Shown here: piece after piece, positions 35,218 through 43,901 of the stretch
Layout of the letters: every line of letters begins with the position of its first letter
Position numbering within the stretch: the first letter of the stretch is position 1
DNA from: a bacterium
GTDB taxonomy: Bacteria > Patescibacteriota > CPR2 > UBA1875 > JAJYID01
Assembly: GCA_021790235.1 (NCBI GenBank)
Contig: JAJYID010000003.1
Location: forward strand, 20,038-84,037
Length of the DNA: 64,000 bases
Direction: 5' to 3'
The notes under the pieces: generated by a model
The model's database searches: none
What the model saw: only the letters and a program-made list of their open reading frames with translations
What the model was told of the DNA's origin: nothing
Position numbers and translations under genes: made by a program

Positions 35218-36309
35218 ATGTCAGGCAAAATATCTTCTATCAAAGTTGCACCAATGCCAGGAGTATTAAACCCGGAGGAAATAATTCCTGAGAGGAGAAG
35301 CGACGGAGCTGTCGGATACGATCTAAAAGCAATCCGACATTTGAAAATGGACAAATCAAGAGAACCGATTTCTGATAGTTTCCCAGTTACGATAGAACCT
35401 GGAGGAAAGGCACTTTTCGGACCCGGTTTTGCGATGTCAATTCCTGAGGGTTATGAAGGCCAGATCAGGCCAAGAAGTGGTATGTCAATGAATGACATTG
35501 TGCTTGCAAATCAGGTCGGCACAATTGACCCCGACTATCGAGGTGAAGTCGGCGTCTGCCTGCGTAACGACAGTGAAAAAGCATTTGTTGTGAATCAGGG
35601 TGATTCAATCGCTCAACTCCTCATTACTGAGGTCCAGTTACCGGGAATGCACCTTGTTGAGTCAGTAGAAGATCTCCCCGAGACAAAAAGAGGTACAGGC
35701 GGTTTCGGTTCAACCGGCATGAGCGGTGCCGGCCACGGAACAGCTACCTACAAGGCTCAAATCCATAATATCGACTGCTATCTGATGGGAATTGCCATCT
35801 CGACCTCTGCTCTTTCAGATTGTGTTAGAGGGTGTAAGTTAAATCCCGATGGTACTACGAAGCGAGATGACTTTGGCATTCTTGTTGGCCAAACGCGCAG
35901 GTTCGGTGCCGTTTTTGCCAGAGGAGCACGCGTTCTCTCAACTGGATTTAACCATCAGGTAAAAGGCCAGAGTCGCTGTGCTGAGGTTGGATGTCTCAGG
36001 GATGCAGAAAAAATCCCTTCGGGACATCGCCTCGAAAGATGCCGAGCCATTCACGCTGAAGAAGATGCGATCATGACCGCGGGTTATAACGGTATCTCAC
36101 TCAAAGGCAGTACTTTATACGTGAACGCTGAACCCTGCCAAATGTGTTCAAAAAGCATCGCCTCACTCAGCCTGAAGGCAGTTGTTATTCTCAGCAACTC
36201 CTATCCCGAGTCTGGCGTCGACATCATAGAAAATGCTGATATCCAGGTTAGGACTATCAGCATGAATGATGTCCGCCGTTTCCAAGGGATAGCAGATCTT
36301 ATAAGTTAA
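35218..36309 (+). CDS. bifunctional dUTPase / dCMP deaminase fusion protein
   Basis: N-terminal half: AVGYDLKA, RPRSGMS, GTIDPDYRGEVG, RGTGGFGSTG (trimeric dUTPase motifs). C-terminal half: CRAIHAEEDAI and EPCQMCSKSI (cytidine/dCMP deaminase zinc site). AAAGGAGAA SD. Confidence 0.85.
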   Translation: MSGKISSIKVAPMPGVLNPEEIIPERRSDGAVGYDLKAIRHLKMDKSREPISDSFPVTIEPGGKALFGPGFAMSIPEGYEGQIRPRSGMSMNDIVLANQVGTIDPDYRGEVGVCLRNDSEKAFVVNQGDSIAQLLITEVQLPGMHLVESVEDLPETKRGTGGFGSTGMSGAGHGTATYKAQIHNIDCYLMGIAISTSALSDCVRGCKLNPDGTTKRDDFGILVGQTRRFGAVFARGARVLSTGFNHQVKGQSRCAEVGCLRDAEKIPSGHRLERCRAIHAEEDAIMTAGYNGISLKGSTLYVNAEPCQMCSKSIASLSLKAVVILSNSYPESGVDIIENADIQVRTISMNDVRRFQGIADLIS

Positions 36310-36326
36310 TACGTTCCATGCAGAAT

Positions 36327-36362
36327 AAATGCGGGGTCATAGCGGTCCCGCATTTCTTTTTC
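36327..36362. terminator. terminator hairpin after the dut-dcd fusion (AAATGCGGG-11nt-CCCGCATTT, then TCTTTTT)
   Basis: Read directly. It lies between convergent units. Confidence 0.6.
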
Positions 36363-36514
36363 TATAAACTTGTAAAGAGACGAGAGTTAGTTTCAGGAAT
36401 ACAGTCTTCATAATAAGGTTTCACCTCCTTAATTGCTTAGCCCACATTCCTTACTTAATATCAGTTTAAATTAAAATTATTCTTATACAAAGATGCTTCT
36501 TTTCAATCAGGGAA

Positions 36515-37699
36515 TTATCTTGTAATCATTTTCCTGAAAAGCGGTACAGCTATAGCCAAAGTTACCGCACCGAAAACCGTGAGAATAATCAACTCGTTCA
36601 TCACCGATGACACCCCTGCACCCAGAATAATGACTTTCCGAAGAGCTTCAATAGCATAAGTTAAGGGTAATACATGCGCTATATCTTGCATAATTTGCGG
36701 CATTTGCTGTGTCGGGAAAAAAGCACCGGAGAGAAAAAGCATCGGGAATTGAAACATAAAAAGCAGCTGAGTAGCCGTTTCCTGCTCGGCGGCAGAAGCG
36801 CTGACAAGAATCCCAAGTCCGACAAAGGAAAATATCCCAAGCAATAGTAAGAGCGCCACAAGCAGGATACTCCCATTAATAGTCACACCGAATAAAAATA
36901 TTGCCAGAAGAAGAACTATCGCACCCTGGGCCAGACCGCGGATAGACTGCGACATGGCTTTCCCTAGGATTATTGCCAATCGGCTAATCGGAGAAATCAA
37001 GATTCCATCCAAAGTCCCCTGTTCTCTTTCTCTGGAAACTGATGCTGCAAGTCCGGTGAGTACCGCAGTCATCACAACCATTGCCATGATACCAGGGGCG
37101 ACAAATTCAAAGTAATTGGTCGAGCCGGGTAAGATACCTTCAAGCTTAGATGTGATAGGAGTTATCAATACGCCGGCATTCGGTCCTCTGGCTCCGGTTT
37201 TCGCTACCAAAACACCTACCTTTTGTTTACCTATCTCTTGGCCGAAGCCCTGAACAACATTAGTAAGCGTTTGTGTTGCTATACCTGAGATCTGGGGGTT
37301 AGATTGATCTTCCACTATGGTTACCTGCGCTTGTTTATTTATACTGATATCTCTAGAAAAATCCGCTGGTATATAAATACCGCCGTTAATTTCTTGCTTT
37401 TTAATTCCATCTTTGATCGCATTGATTGAAGAATAAGTTTTTGTGGCAAATGCCTTATTACCACTTGTAATCTCCAAGTTTTTAATCACATCAAGAAGCT
37501 GATTACCTGTAGTACCGTTCTGATTGACTACCCCAATTGGAACATTTTTTATCGAGTTTTGACTGGGGAAAATAAAACCAGTTAGCACCATCATGAAAAT
37601 AGGCATGATAATAAAAGTAATCAGACGAATTCTGTCTCGAGCAAACTCGAGAAGGTCTTTTTTAGTTATTTGCCATAAATCACTTAAAACATGCTTCAT
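36515..37699 (-). CDS. ABC-2 type transporter permease with a large extracytoplasmic loop
   Basis: N-terminal TM, an external domain of about 150 aa, then 5 TM helices with an ABC-2 signature region. Follows its ATPase by 3 nt. Confidence 0.85.
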   Translation of the reverse strand: MKHVLSDLWQITKKDLLEFARDRIRLITFIIMPIFMMVLTGFIFPSQNSIKNVPIGVVNQNGTTGNQLLDVIKNLEITSGNKAFATKTYSSINAIKDGIKKQEINGGIYIPADFSRDISINKQAQVTIVEDQSNPQISGIATQTLTNVVQGFGQEIGKQKVGVLVAKTGARGPNAGVLITPITSKLEGILPGSTNYFEFVAPGIMAMVVMTAVLTGLAASVSREREQGTLDGILISPISRLAIILGKAMSQSIRGLAQGAIVLLLAIFLFGVTINGSILLVALLLLLGIFSFVGLGILVSASAAEQETATQLLFMFQFPMLFLSGAFFPTQQMPQIMQDIAHVLPLTYAIEALRKVIILGAGVSSVMNELIILTVFGAVTLAIAVPLFRKMITR

Positions 37700-37702
37700 T
37701 TT

Positions 37703-38524
37703 TTACCTCACTCTATTTTCACCCCCGCCTCTCCATGGCGGGCCGCCGGCTCTTTTCGCTTTTCCTCTTTTGTCGCGGATATCAAGCCCTGTCACCTGTA
37801 GGAATACATCCTCAAGTGTCGGGTTTTTCTTGTTCTCTACTTTCTTTTTTAGATTTTCAACTGTATCAAGCGCCTGAATCTTTCCATGATCAATAATGGC
37901 TACCCTATCTGATAATGCCTCCGCCTCAATCATATCATGTGTAGTTAAAATTATAGTAATCCCTTTTTTATTGAGTTCCTGAATAAAAGTTCTGATCATA
38001 AAAGTAGTCTGAGGATCAAGACCAAGCGTTGGTTCGTCAAGAAATAGAATATCCGGCTCAGTCAGAAGCGCCCGAACAATATTGATCCTTTGTTTCATAC
38101 CGGTTGAATAAGTGCTTGCCTGCGCATCCTTCCATTCTTCCATACCAAGACGTTCAATCCACCTTTCAGATCTTTTTTTGATTTCATCTTTAGATAAATG
38201 GTTGAGTTTGCCAAAAAACTCCAGATTTTCCATAGCACTAAGATGATTGTAAAGAATAATTTTTTCTGCTACCAGTCCAATCCTCTTTCTCACCTCATTT
38301 TGATCTTTTTTAATATCATGACCCTCCACCATAGCTGTCCCTGAAGTTGGCGTAAGCAGAGTTGTCAGCATGCGGATTGTTGTAGATTTTCCGGCGCCAT
38401 TCGGCCCCAGAAAGCCAAAAATTTCACCTTTTTTTACATCAAAGGAAATCGAGTCTACCGCAGTAAATTTTTTGAATTTTTTAGTAAGTTTTTTTACTTC
38501 AATTGTATTTTCTGTTTTCGTCAT
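37703..38524 (-). CDS. ABC transporter ATP-binding protein (ABC-2/DrrA-like) with a Gly/Arg-rich C-terminal tail
   Basis: GPNGAGKST, YSTGMKQR signature variant, ILFLDEPT. Confidence 0.9.
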   Translation of the reverse strand: MTKTENTIEVKKLTKKFKKFTAVDSISFDVKKGEIFGFLGPNGAGKSTTIRMLTTLLTPTSGTAMVEGHDIKKDQNEVRKRIGLVAEKIILYNHLSAMENLEFFGKLNHLSKDEIKKRSERWIERLGMEEWKDAQASTYSTGMKQRINIVRALLTEPDILFLDEPTLGLDPQTTFMIRTFIQELNKKGITIILTTHDMIEAEALSDRVAIIDHGKIQALDTVENLKKKVENKKNPTLEDVFLQVTGLDIRDKRGKAKRAGGPPWRGGGENRVR

Positions 38525-38569
38525 TTCTAAATTATTTTAAATTTTCTTGAGCAAAGTTTCAATGTTTTT

Positions 38570-38800
38570 TTAACTTTCTTCAATAATCTTTGAAATTTCC
38601 TGATGTCTTTTCTCAAGCTCTTCAGAAAACTGTTTAAAACTCGACAGCTTGGTTAGGAAAAGCCCTTTTCCATGCACCCCAAAAACAAGCATTTTCTCGC
38701 CTTTTTCTAACCCTAATGCTTCACGAGCTTCAGCCGGCACCACTATTTGCCCGCGTTCGCCCATCGTTGTAGACCCGTAAAATTTTCTCTTCATTTTCAC
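38570..38800 (-). CDS. AbrB/MazE/SpoVT-family DNA-binding protein (76 aa)
   Basis: GERGQIVVPAEAREALGLEKGEKMLV is the swapped-hairpin SpoVT/AbrB motif. It is the first gene of the ABC-2 operon. Confidence 0.75.
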   Translation of the reverse strand: MKMKRKFYGSTTMGERGQIVVPAEAREALGLEKGEKMLVFGVHGKGLFLTKLSSFKQFSEELEKRHQEISKIIEES

Positions 38801-38803
38801 ACT

Positions 38804-38852
38804 CCTATCATACTTCTCAGATAAGTATGATAGGCTAACACAGCAATGTCAA
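38804..38852 (-). promoter_or_regulatory. promoter (TTGACA-17nt-CATACT) with an overlapping perfect 12-bp inverted repeat (operator candidate)
   Basis: CCTATCATACTT (38804-38815), 7 nt spacer, AAGTATGATAGG (38823-38834). The right arm covers the -10 (38824-38829). -35 is at 38847-38852. Confidence 0.5.
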
Positions 38853-38975
38853 GATTTTTATTTTTTCGTTATTTATAATTACGATTGCTCCTTCGCTTGC
38901 AAGTTTGAGAGTGATTGCCTCACCAATTCCTCTAGATGAGCCTGTTATAAGGGCTATTTTATCCTTCAATTTCAT
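38835..38975 (-). pseudogene. remnant of a short-chain dehydrogenase/reductase (FabG-like): only the first ~33 residues are SDR-like
   Basis: Own translation: MKLKDKIALITGSSRGIGEAITLKLASEGAIVIINNEKIKILTLLC*. TGxxxGIG Rossmann motif is present, then the frame ends. Its ATG overlaps the MBL stop (TGATG). Confidence 0.65.
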
Positions 38976-39634
38976 CAAACCTCTATCTCCATTAAATCTT
39001 CGCCCACTACAATTTCCCCTTGATATTTTTCTTTCACCTCAGAAGCTAGATCAACTTTTTCCAGATTTGGATAGATGTGCGTCAGGATCACCTTCTTGAC
39101 ATTACTTTTTACTGCAACTTCACCAATTTCATAAGTGTTTAAGTGTGCCGGACTTCCATGATCTTTGTCGTATGAAGTATCGCAAATAAAGAGGTCTGCA
39201 TCTTTTGCTGCCCTTTCTAATCCTTCACATTTTGTACTATCACCAGAAAATGCAAACACTTTGCCATCATATTCAAATCTCAAAGCGTAGGCATGAGATG
39301 GTCTAAAAGCTTTATGCTCTACCTTGTAAGCTTTTGCAACAAGGTTGCTCAACTCCTCGCTTTTACCATATACTTTATATTTTATCTTGTCCCAGTCATA
39401 AAAAGCTGGGAGTTCATACACCTCTGACAATCTCTTCGTGAAACTCTCTATACCTTTGGGGCCAAAAATGGTTGGCAATTTTTCAAGTCCTTTTTCAAGG
39501 AAAATATCACTCAAGCGAAGATTCATCTGGAAAGCGAAAAGATCTCCCGAGTGATCTGGGTGGAAGTGGGTGAGAAAAACATAATCCATATCAAGCGGAC
39601 TGAGCCCTATCTGCGAAGCGCCCCCGGTCCGCAA
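38975..39634 (-). CDS. MBL-fold metallo-hydrolase (RNase Z/ElaC-like), C-terminal 219-aa fragment of a frameshifted gene
   Basis: LTHFHPDHSGDL (HxHxDH) follows directly after the frameshift point. Confidence 0.8.
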   Translation of the reverse strand: MRTGGASQIGLSPLDMDYVFLTHFHPDHSGDLFAFQMNLRLSDIFLEKGLEKLPTIFGPKGIESFTKRLSEVYELPAFYDWDKIKYKVYGKSEELSNLVAKAYKVEHKAFRPSHAYALRFEYDGKVFAFSGDSTKCEGLERAAKDADLFICDTSYDKDHGSPAHLNTYEIGEVAVKSNVKKVILTHIYPNLEKVDLASEVKEKYQGEIVVGEDLMEIEV

Positions 39635-39735
39635 TCAATCAATATTTTTTTGCCATCTGCTTCAAGCAAATACGCCGGACCAGACCGTTTATCTGTGACG
39701 TAAAATGTTCCTGTCCCCAAAATAGTTATTTTCAT
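39607..39735 (-). pseudogene. N-terminal 42-codon fragment of the same MBL hydrolase
   Basis: Own translation: MKITILGTGTFYVTDKRSGPAYLLEADGKKILIDCGPGALRR*. One extra G in the G5 run (plus-strand C5 at 39621-39625) would restore ..DCGPGGASQIGLSPLDMDYVFLTHFHPDH. Confidence 0.7.
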
Positions 39736-39736
39736 A

Positions 39737-40009
39737 TTACCACTTCCCTTCCCAGTAGGCCTCTCCTTCTTCTTCCATTTTTTCAAGGCGGGTGTAGTAG
39801 TCGCGTATTTCGTTCAGGTGGGCAAGAGCGATTTTTGCAGTCATTTCAGAATTATCATTTGTGACATTGGTTACTCGATGAGCTGTTCCATGTTCAAGCT
39901 CAACATCTAGCCCCATCCTAAACTGTTCGACATCAAACTTATCCCACTGGACTCCCAGCTCTTCACCTAATTGTTTTGCTTCTTCTGTTGTGAATTCTTT
40001 TTTTGACAC
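39737..40009 (-). CDS. small conserved hypothetical protein (DUF5661-like, LEHG..VT..D..IA.AHL..YY..L motif)
   Basis: AGGAG lies 6 nt before the GTG at 40009. The family is recognised from memory only. Confidence 0.5.
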   Translation of the reverse strand: MSKKEFTTEEAKQLGEELGVQWDKFDVEQFRMGLDVELEHGTAHRVTNVTNDNSEMTAKIALAHLNEIRDYYTRLEKMEEEGEAYWEGKW

Positions 40010-40290
40010 TTCTATCTCCTGATTAGCAATAAAATTATACAACAGAAAAACCATTAATTAAATAAAAAATGCGGTTTAACACTGAACTGCCTACAGCTTG
40101 TACCAAGCTCGAAATAAATAAAGAAACTTCTCAAGGAATTTATGTAAAAAATGTAAATAATAAAATTTTCGAGAAATCTTTTTCATAATTATCTAAGAAA
40201 TCAGTATACCATTCTTTCAAAAAAATGCCAGACAAACTTGGGTACTCACCTTAGATGCGGCCTCACCAATTTCAACGCCTACCTATTTCC

Positions 40291-41586
40291 TTACTCATAT
40301 CGCAGGGCTTCAGCCGGATCCTTACGGGAAGCTTTGATGGCGGGGAAAAGCCCGAAAACAACACCTACAGCTACTGAGATAGCGATTGCCAAGATAACCG
40401 TCGGCAGGTCAACAACTGCTTGGACGGCGCCGTCTCTGGCGCCAGGGGCAAAGCTCAAGAATCGGCTGGAATAGTTTGAGAGAACCATCCCCAGACCCAA
40501 GCCGATAATCCCGCCGCTTACAGTCAAAATAACTGATTCGATTAAGAATTGGAAAAGAATGTGAGCAGTTTTAGCTCCGACCGCACGTCTGAGGCCGATT
40601 TCGCGAGTTCTTTCGGTAACTGTTACCAGCATAATGTTCATAATACCAATCCCGCCAACCACGAGTGAAATAGCGGCAATCCCCGTCAGTGTTGCCGTGA
40701 AACCACCCATAATAGAAGACATTGTCGACATCAAATCCTTGCTGGTAGTGGTAGATACATCGGCTTTGTCAGCGGAAACCTTGTGAGCGGCGAGAATCGC
40801 ATTTTTAATACTAGCAGCCGTCTCATCAACCGTGTTTTCACTCTTGGCATCGGCAATGACAGAGCTCATCTTATCCTTGCCGTTCAAGGCCAACCAAGAT
40901 TTATATCCTATATAAATATTTTCCGAGGGATCGCCTCCCCGAAACATGCCTTGGGTGTTTGTATCAGGCTGAGTGATGACACCGATAACTGTATAAGGCG
41001 CATCTTTGATATAAATAGTTTGACCGACCACGGTTTTTTCATTTGGGAAAAGGTCGGAAGCGGTTGTACTGCCGATCACAGCTACGTTGTTTGAACCAGC
41101 TACTTGAGCGTCGCTGATAAAACTACCCGTCTGCATGGCCCATGATTTAAGGCTCAAATATTTGCTGTCAATCCCGAAAACCCGGTATTGCGTGGCTTGG
41201 GCGGCATTTGCCTGGGTAGCAACAGCCAGCTGAGTGCTTACCTCCGGCGAAGCTTGGGCAATCTCCGGATTATTTTTAATGGTGTTGTAGTCGGCATCTG
41301 AGAGAGTCTCTGTGTTTGACTGCTGAAAAATGAAACCACCCTCTCCCCTCCGGCCTTTCTGCCTTTGAGCCGTTTGTTTGTTCGGATCAACTGAACTAAT
41401 GGTAATTCTTTTGATTCCCAATGTGCTGACTCTTGACTGAACTGTTTTTTGCAAGCCATTTCCAAGTGCGACCAGCGTTATCACAGCCGCGATGCCGATA
41501 ACAATACCGAGGATAGTCAAAGCACTTCTGCCTTTGTTATGCCAAATGCTTCGCGTGCTCTGCATAATGATTGAACCTATTTTCAC
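40291..41586 (-). CDS. MacB/FtsX-type ABC transporter permease (4 TM plus periplasmic domain)
   Basis: N-terminal TM, MacB_PCD-like external domain of about 220 aa, and a C-terminal FtsX 3-TM module ending ..PAIKASRKDPAEALRYE. Confidence 0.9.
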   Translation of the reverse strand: MKIGSIIMQSTRSIWHNKGRSALTILGIVIGIAAVITLVALGNGLQKTVQSRVSTLGIKRITISSVDPNKQTAQRQKGRRGEGGFIFQQSNTETLSDADYNTIKNNPEIAQASPEVSTQLAVATQANAAQATQYRVFGIDSKYLSLKSWAMQTGSFISDAQVAGSNNVAVIGSTTASDLFPNEKTVVGQTIYIKDAPYTVIGVITQPDTNTQGMFRGGDPSENIYIGYKSWLALNGKDKMSSVIADAKSENTVDETAASIKNAILAAHKVSADKADVSTTTSKDLMSTMSSIMGGFTATLTGIAAISLVVGGIGIMNIMLVTVTERTREIGLRRAVGAKTAHILFQFLIESVILTVSGGIIGLGLGMVLSNYSSRFLSFAPGARDGAVQAVVDLPTVILAIAISVAVGVVFGLFPAIKASRKDPAEALRYE

Positions 41587-42269
41587 TTTTTGCCCCCCTC
41601 TACCCGGCCGTCACGAAGTCTAATAATCTTTTTGGCATAGGCCGCAATGTCTTCCTCGTGAGTTATAAGGACTATTGTAGTACCTTGCCGGTTGATTTCG
41701 GCAAGCAGACCCATAATTTCTTTTGCAGTTGAAGAATCCAGATTCCCAGTCGGTTCATCGGCAAGTAAAATTGACGGGTTCATCATTATAGCTCTTGCAA
41801 TAGCCACCCGTTGTACCTGACCACCGGAGAGCTGATTGGTCCTTGAGCTGATTTTCTCAATCAAGCCAACCTTCTTAATCATCTTAAGCGCCCTCGTCTC
41901 ATCATCGTGGCCCGGATGATAAGTTGTCGGCATGAGCACATTTTGCATCACCGTTGTCCGAGGCAATAGATTAAATTGCTGGAAAACAAACCCGATTTCC
42001 TTGCCTCGAATCTCGGACAGCTTGCCGCCCTTAAGCTTGCGCACATCCTGGTCGTTTAAGTGATATTTCCCTTCAAATGAGGAATCCAGAAGACCAATGA
42101 TATGCATAAGTGTAGACTTCCCCGAACCACTCGCCCCCATAATGGCCAGAAAGTCACCCGATGCAAGAGTCAAGTCTATTCCTCGAAGCGCCCATGTTCC
42201 GGCCCCGCCGTCCTGGCGATATATTTTTCTAATGCCTTTAAGCTCAATGACCGGATTCTTTGTTGTCAT
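41583..42269 (-). CDS. ABC transporter ATP-binding protein (MacB/LolD-like)
   Basis: GASGSGKST, LSGGQVQRVAIARA, ILLADEPTGNLD. Overlaps the permease by 4 nt. Confidence 0.93.
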   Translation of the reverse strand: MTTKNPVIELKGIRKIYRQDGGAGTWALRGIDLTLASGDFLAIMGASGSGKSTLMHIIGLLDSSFEGKYHLNDQDVRKLKGGKLSEIRGKEIGFVFQQFNLLPRTTVMQNVLMPTTYHPGHDDETRALKMIKKVGLIEKISSRTNQLSGGQVQRVAIARAIMMNPSILLADEPTGNLDSSTAKEIMGLLAEINRQGTTIVLITHEEDIAAYAKKIIRLRDGRVEGGKK

Positions 42270-42679
42270 TATTGTCCCGTCTTTGATTTTAAATAATTTG
42301 TAAGGGCGTCAGCTTGGGCTTGGGTTATCTGGCTGTTTGAGGCTGCATTACTTATTCTCTGCGAAAACCTGTCGACCAACTGAGATTTAAAATTGTCCGG
42401 AACCCGGCTCAAGAATGTATCGACCGCACTTTGATTCAATGACTTATCGCTATTAAAAAACCTAGATAAATTCATGCCGCCTTGCTGGCTGCCGCCATTT
42501 CTAAACATCATCCCGCCGCCAGAACCGCCGCCAAAAGGTCCACCTGCCTTTTTCTGTAATGCATAATATCCGGTACCAGCAAGCGCGATGACCAAAACAA
42601 TGCTCACGGCAAGCAGTACCTTCGACTTCTTGCGCTCTTTCAAATATAGATCTTCGATTGACTGTTTATCTTTGTCCAC
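42269..42679 (-). CDS. hypothetical anchored protein with a Gly/Met-rich segment (136 aa)
   Basis: One TM helix, then GGPFGGGSGGGMMFRNGGSQQGGM, then a helical C-terminus. GTG start. The stop overlaps the ATPase start. Confidence 0.55.
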   Translation of the reverse strand: MDKDKQSIEDLYLKERKKSKVLLAVSIVLVIALAGTGYYALQKKAGGPFGGGSGGGMMFRNGGSQQGGMNLSRFFNSDKSLNQSAVDTFLSRVPDNFKSQLVDRFSQRISNAASNSQITQAQADALTNYLKSKTGQ

Positions 42680-42878
42680 TTTTTGATTTTAATGATGTTA
42701 TTCTGGTCTGCCTGTTCCGGAAAAAAGTGTAGACCGTAACAAAATCCTCAAATTTAATTACTTGTGCAAGTCTAAAGTTTAAACCTGAGAGACGGCTTAG
42801 AAGATTATTTAATAATTTTCCAGTTCACAAGGATTTTTGAAGGATTGTATAGATTTTGAGTTGAGTTTAGTAGGCAAA

Positions 42879-43901
42879 TTATTTAGAAACCGGCAGTTTG
42901 ACTGTAAAAACTGAACCGTTTTTGTTGCTGTCGGCGTGGATGGTGCCGCGGTGAACACCGGTAATTTGCTTGGCGATAGAGAGACCAAGGCCGGTGCCCC
43001 CCTTTGACCGGGAAATATCAGCGCGATAGAAACGGCTGAAGATATGTGGGAGATCGGACTGTTTGATACCGGCGCCTTGATCTGCAACCTTGAAAACCGC
43101 ATGTCCATGCTCCTCGGCGAGTGAAACTGAGACTTTACTTTTCTTTGGCGAATATTTAATAGCATTGTCAAGGAGGATCACGGAAAGTTGGGTGAGACTT
43201 TGGCGGTCGCCCATGACTTTTGCGCCACCGAGATCAAAGGTAAAACTGATATCTCTATTTTTTGCCAGCGCCTTGACCTTTTCATACGACTCCTCAACCA
43301 CTGCCTTGAAGTCAACCTCCACTTTTGGAATCTCTTTGATACCCTGATACTGCGCTAGTGATAGAAGGTTATTCGACAAAGATTCAAGCTTAGAAATCTC
43401 CTCAAGGTTTGATCCGAGCAATTTTTTGGCGTCCTCTAAGTTTAATTGTTTGTCGCGTAAACTGACTTCAATTTCTGTTTTCATAGCCGTTAGCGGAGTG
43501 CGAAGTTCATGCGAAGCGTCGGCGGTAAATCTATTTTGCTTGTCAACCATTTCAGCGATAGGATGAAGCGTCCTTTTGGCTAGAAAGTAACTGGCGCCGC
43601 CGGACAGGAATAAAATCAAGATATTAAAGCCTAAAAGATCGAGCTTCAGGCGGTTTGAGCTGGCTTCCAGCTGTTCCAGACGAGTATTCTCAAAAACCCG
43701 AAATCTTTCGGGACCGATTTGTACACCCATAATCGGCATTCTTTGAATTTGGCGATTTTGCCTGCTAAGGGCTGTATTCAACTCCCGTGCTGAAAACTGG
43801 TAGAGCACCAAGCTGAAGATAATACTGATCGCCATAGCAATAACCACGTAAAATCCGGTTAATTTCCAGATAGCCGACTTAAACTCCACTATCTCCTCCA
43901 A
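42879..43901 (-). CDS. sensor histidine kinase (two TM, HisKA plus HATPase_c)
   Basis: H-box SHELRTPLT, N-box LLDNAIKYS, G-boxes DQGAGI and GGTGLGLSI. Confidence 0.92.
   Translation of the reverse strand: MEEIVEFKSAIWKLTGFYVVIAMAISIIFSLVLYQFSARELNTALSRQNRQIQRMPIMGVQIGPERFRVFENTRLEQLEASSNRLKLDLLGFNILILFLSGGASYFLAKRTLHPIAEMVDKQNRFTADASHELRTPLTAMKTEIEVSLRDKQLNLEDAKKLLGSNLEEISKLESLSNNLLSLAQYQGIKEIPKVEVDFKAVVEESYEKVKALAKNRDISFTFDLGGAKVMGDRQSLTQLSVILLDNAIKYSPKKSKVSVSLAEEHGHAVFKVADQGAGIKQSDLPHIFSRFYRADISRSKGGTGLGLSIAKQITGVHRGTIHADSNKNGSVFTVKLPVSK

Noticed and set aside
36340-36414. 24-codon minus-strand ORF (MKTVFLKLTLVSLQVYRKRNAGPL) with AAGGAGG upstream, downstream of the ABC-2 permease
   Set aside because: The SD-to-ATG spacing is about 11 nt and the ORF runs through the terminator hairpin of the convergent gene. 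Not supportable without conservation or expression data.
42809-43171. 120-aa ORF overlapping the 3' end of the histidine kinase
   Set aside because: It is in a different frame of the same strand as the kinase ATPase domain, whose G-boxes are intact. It has no RBS.
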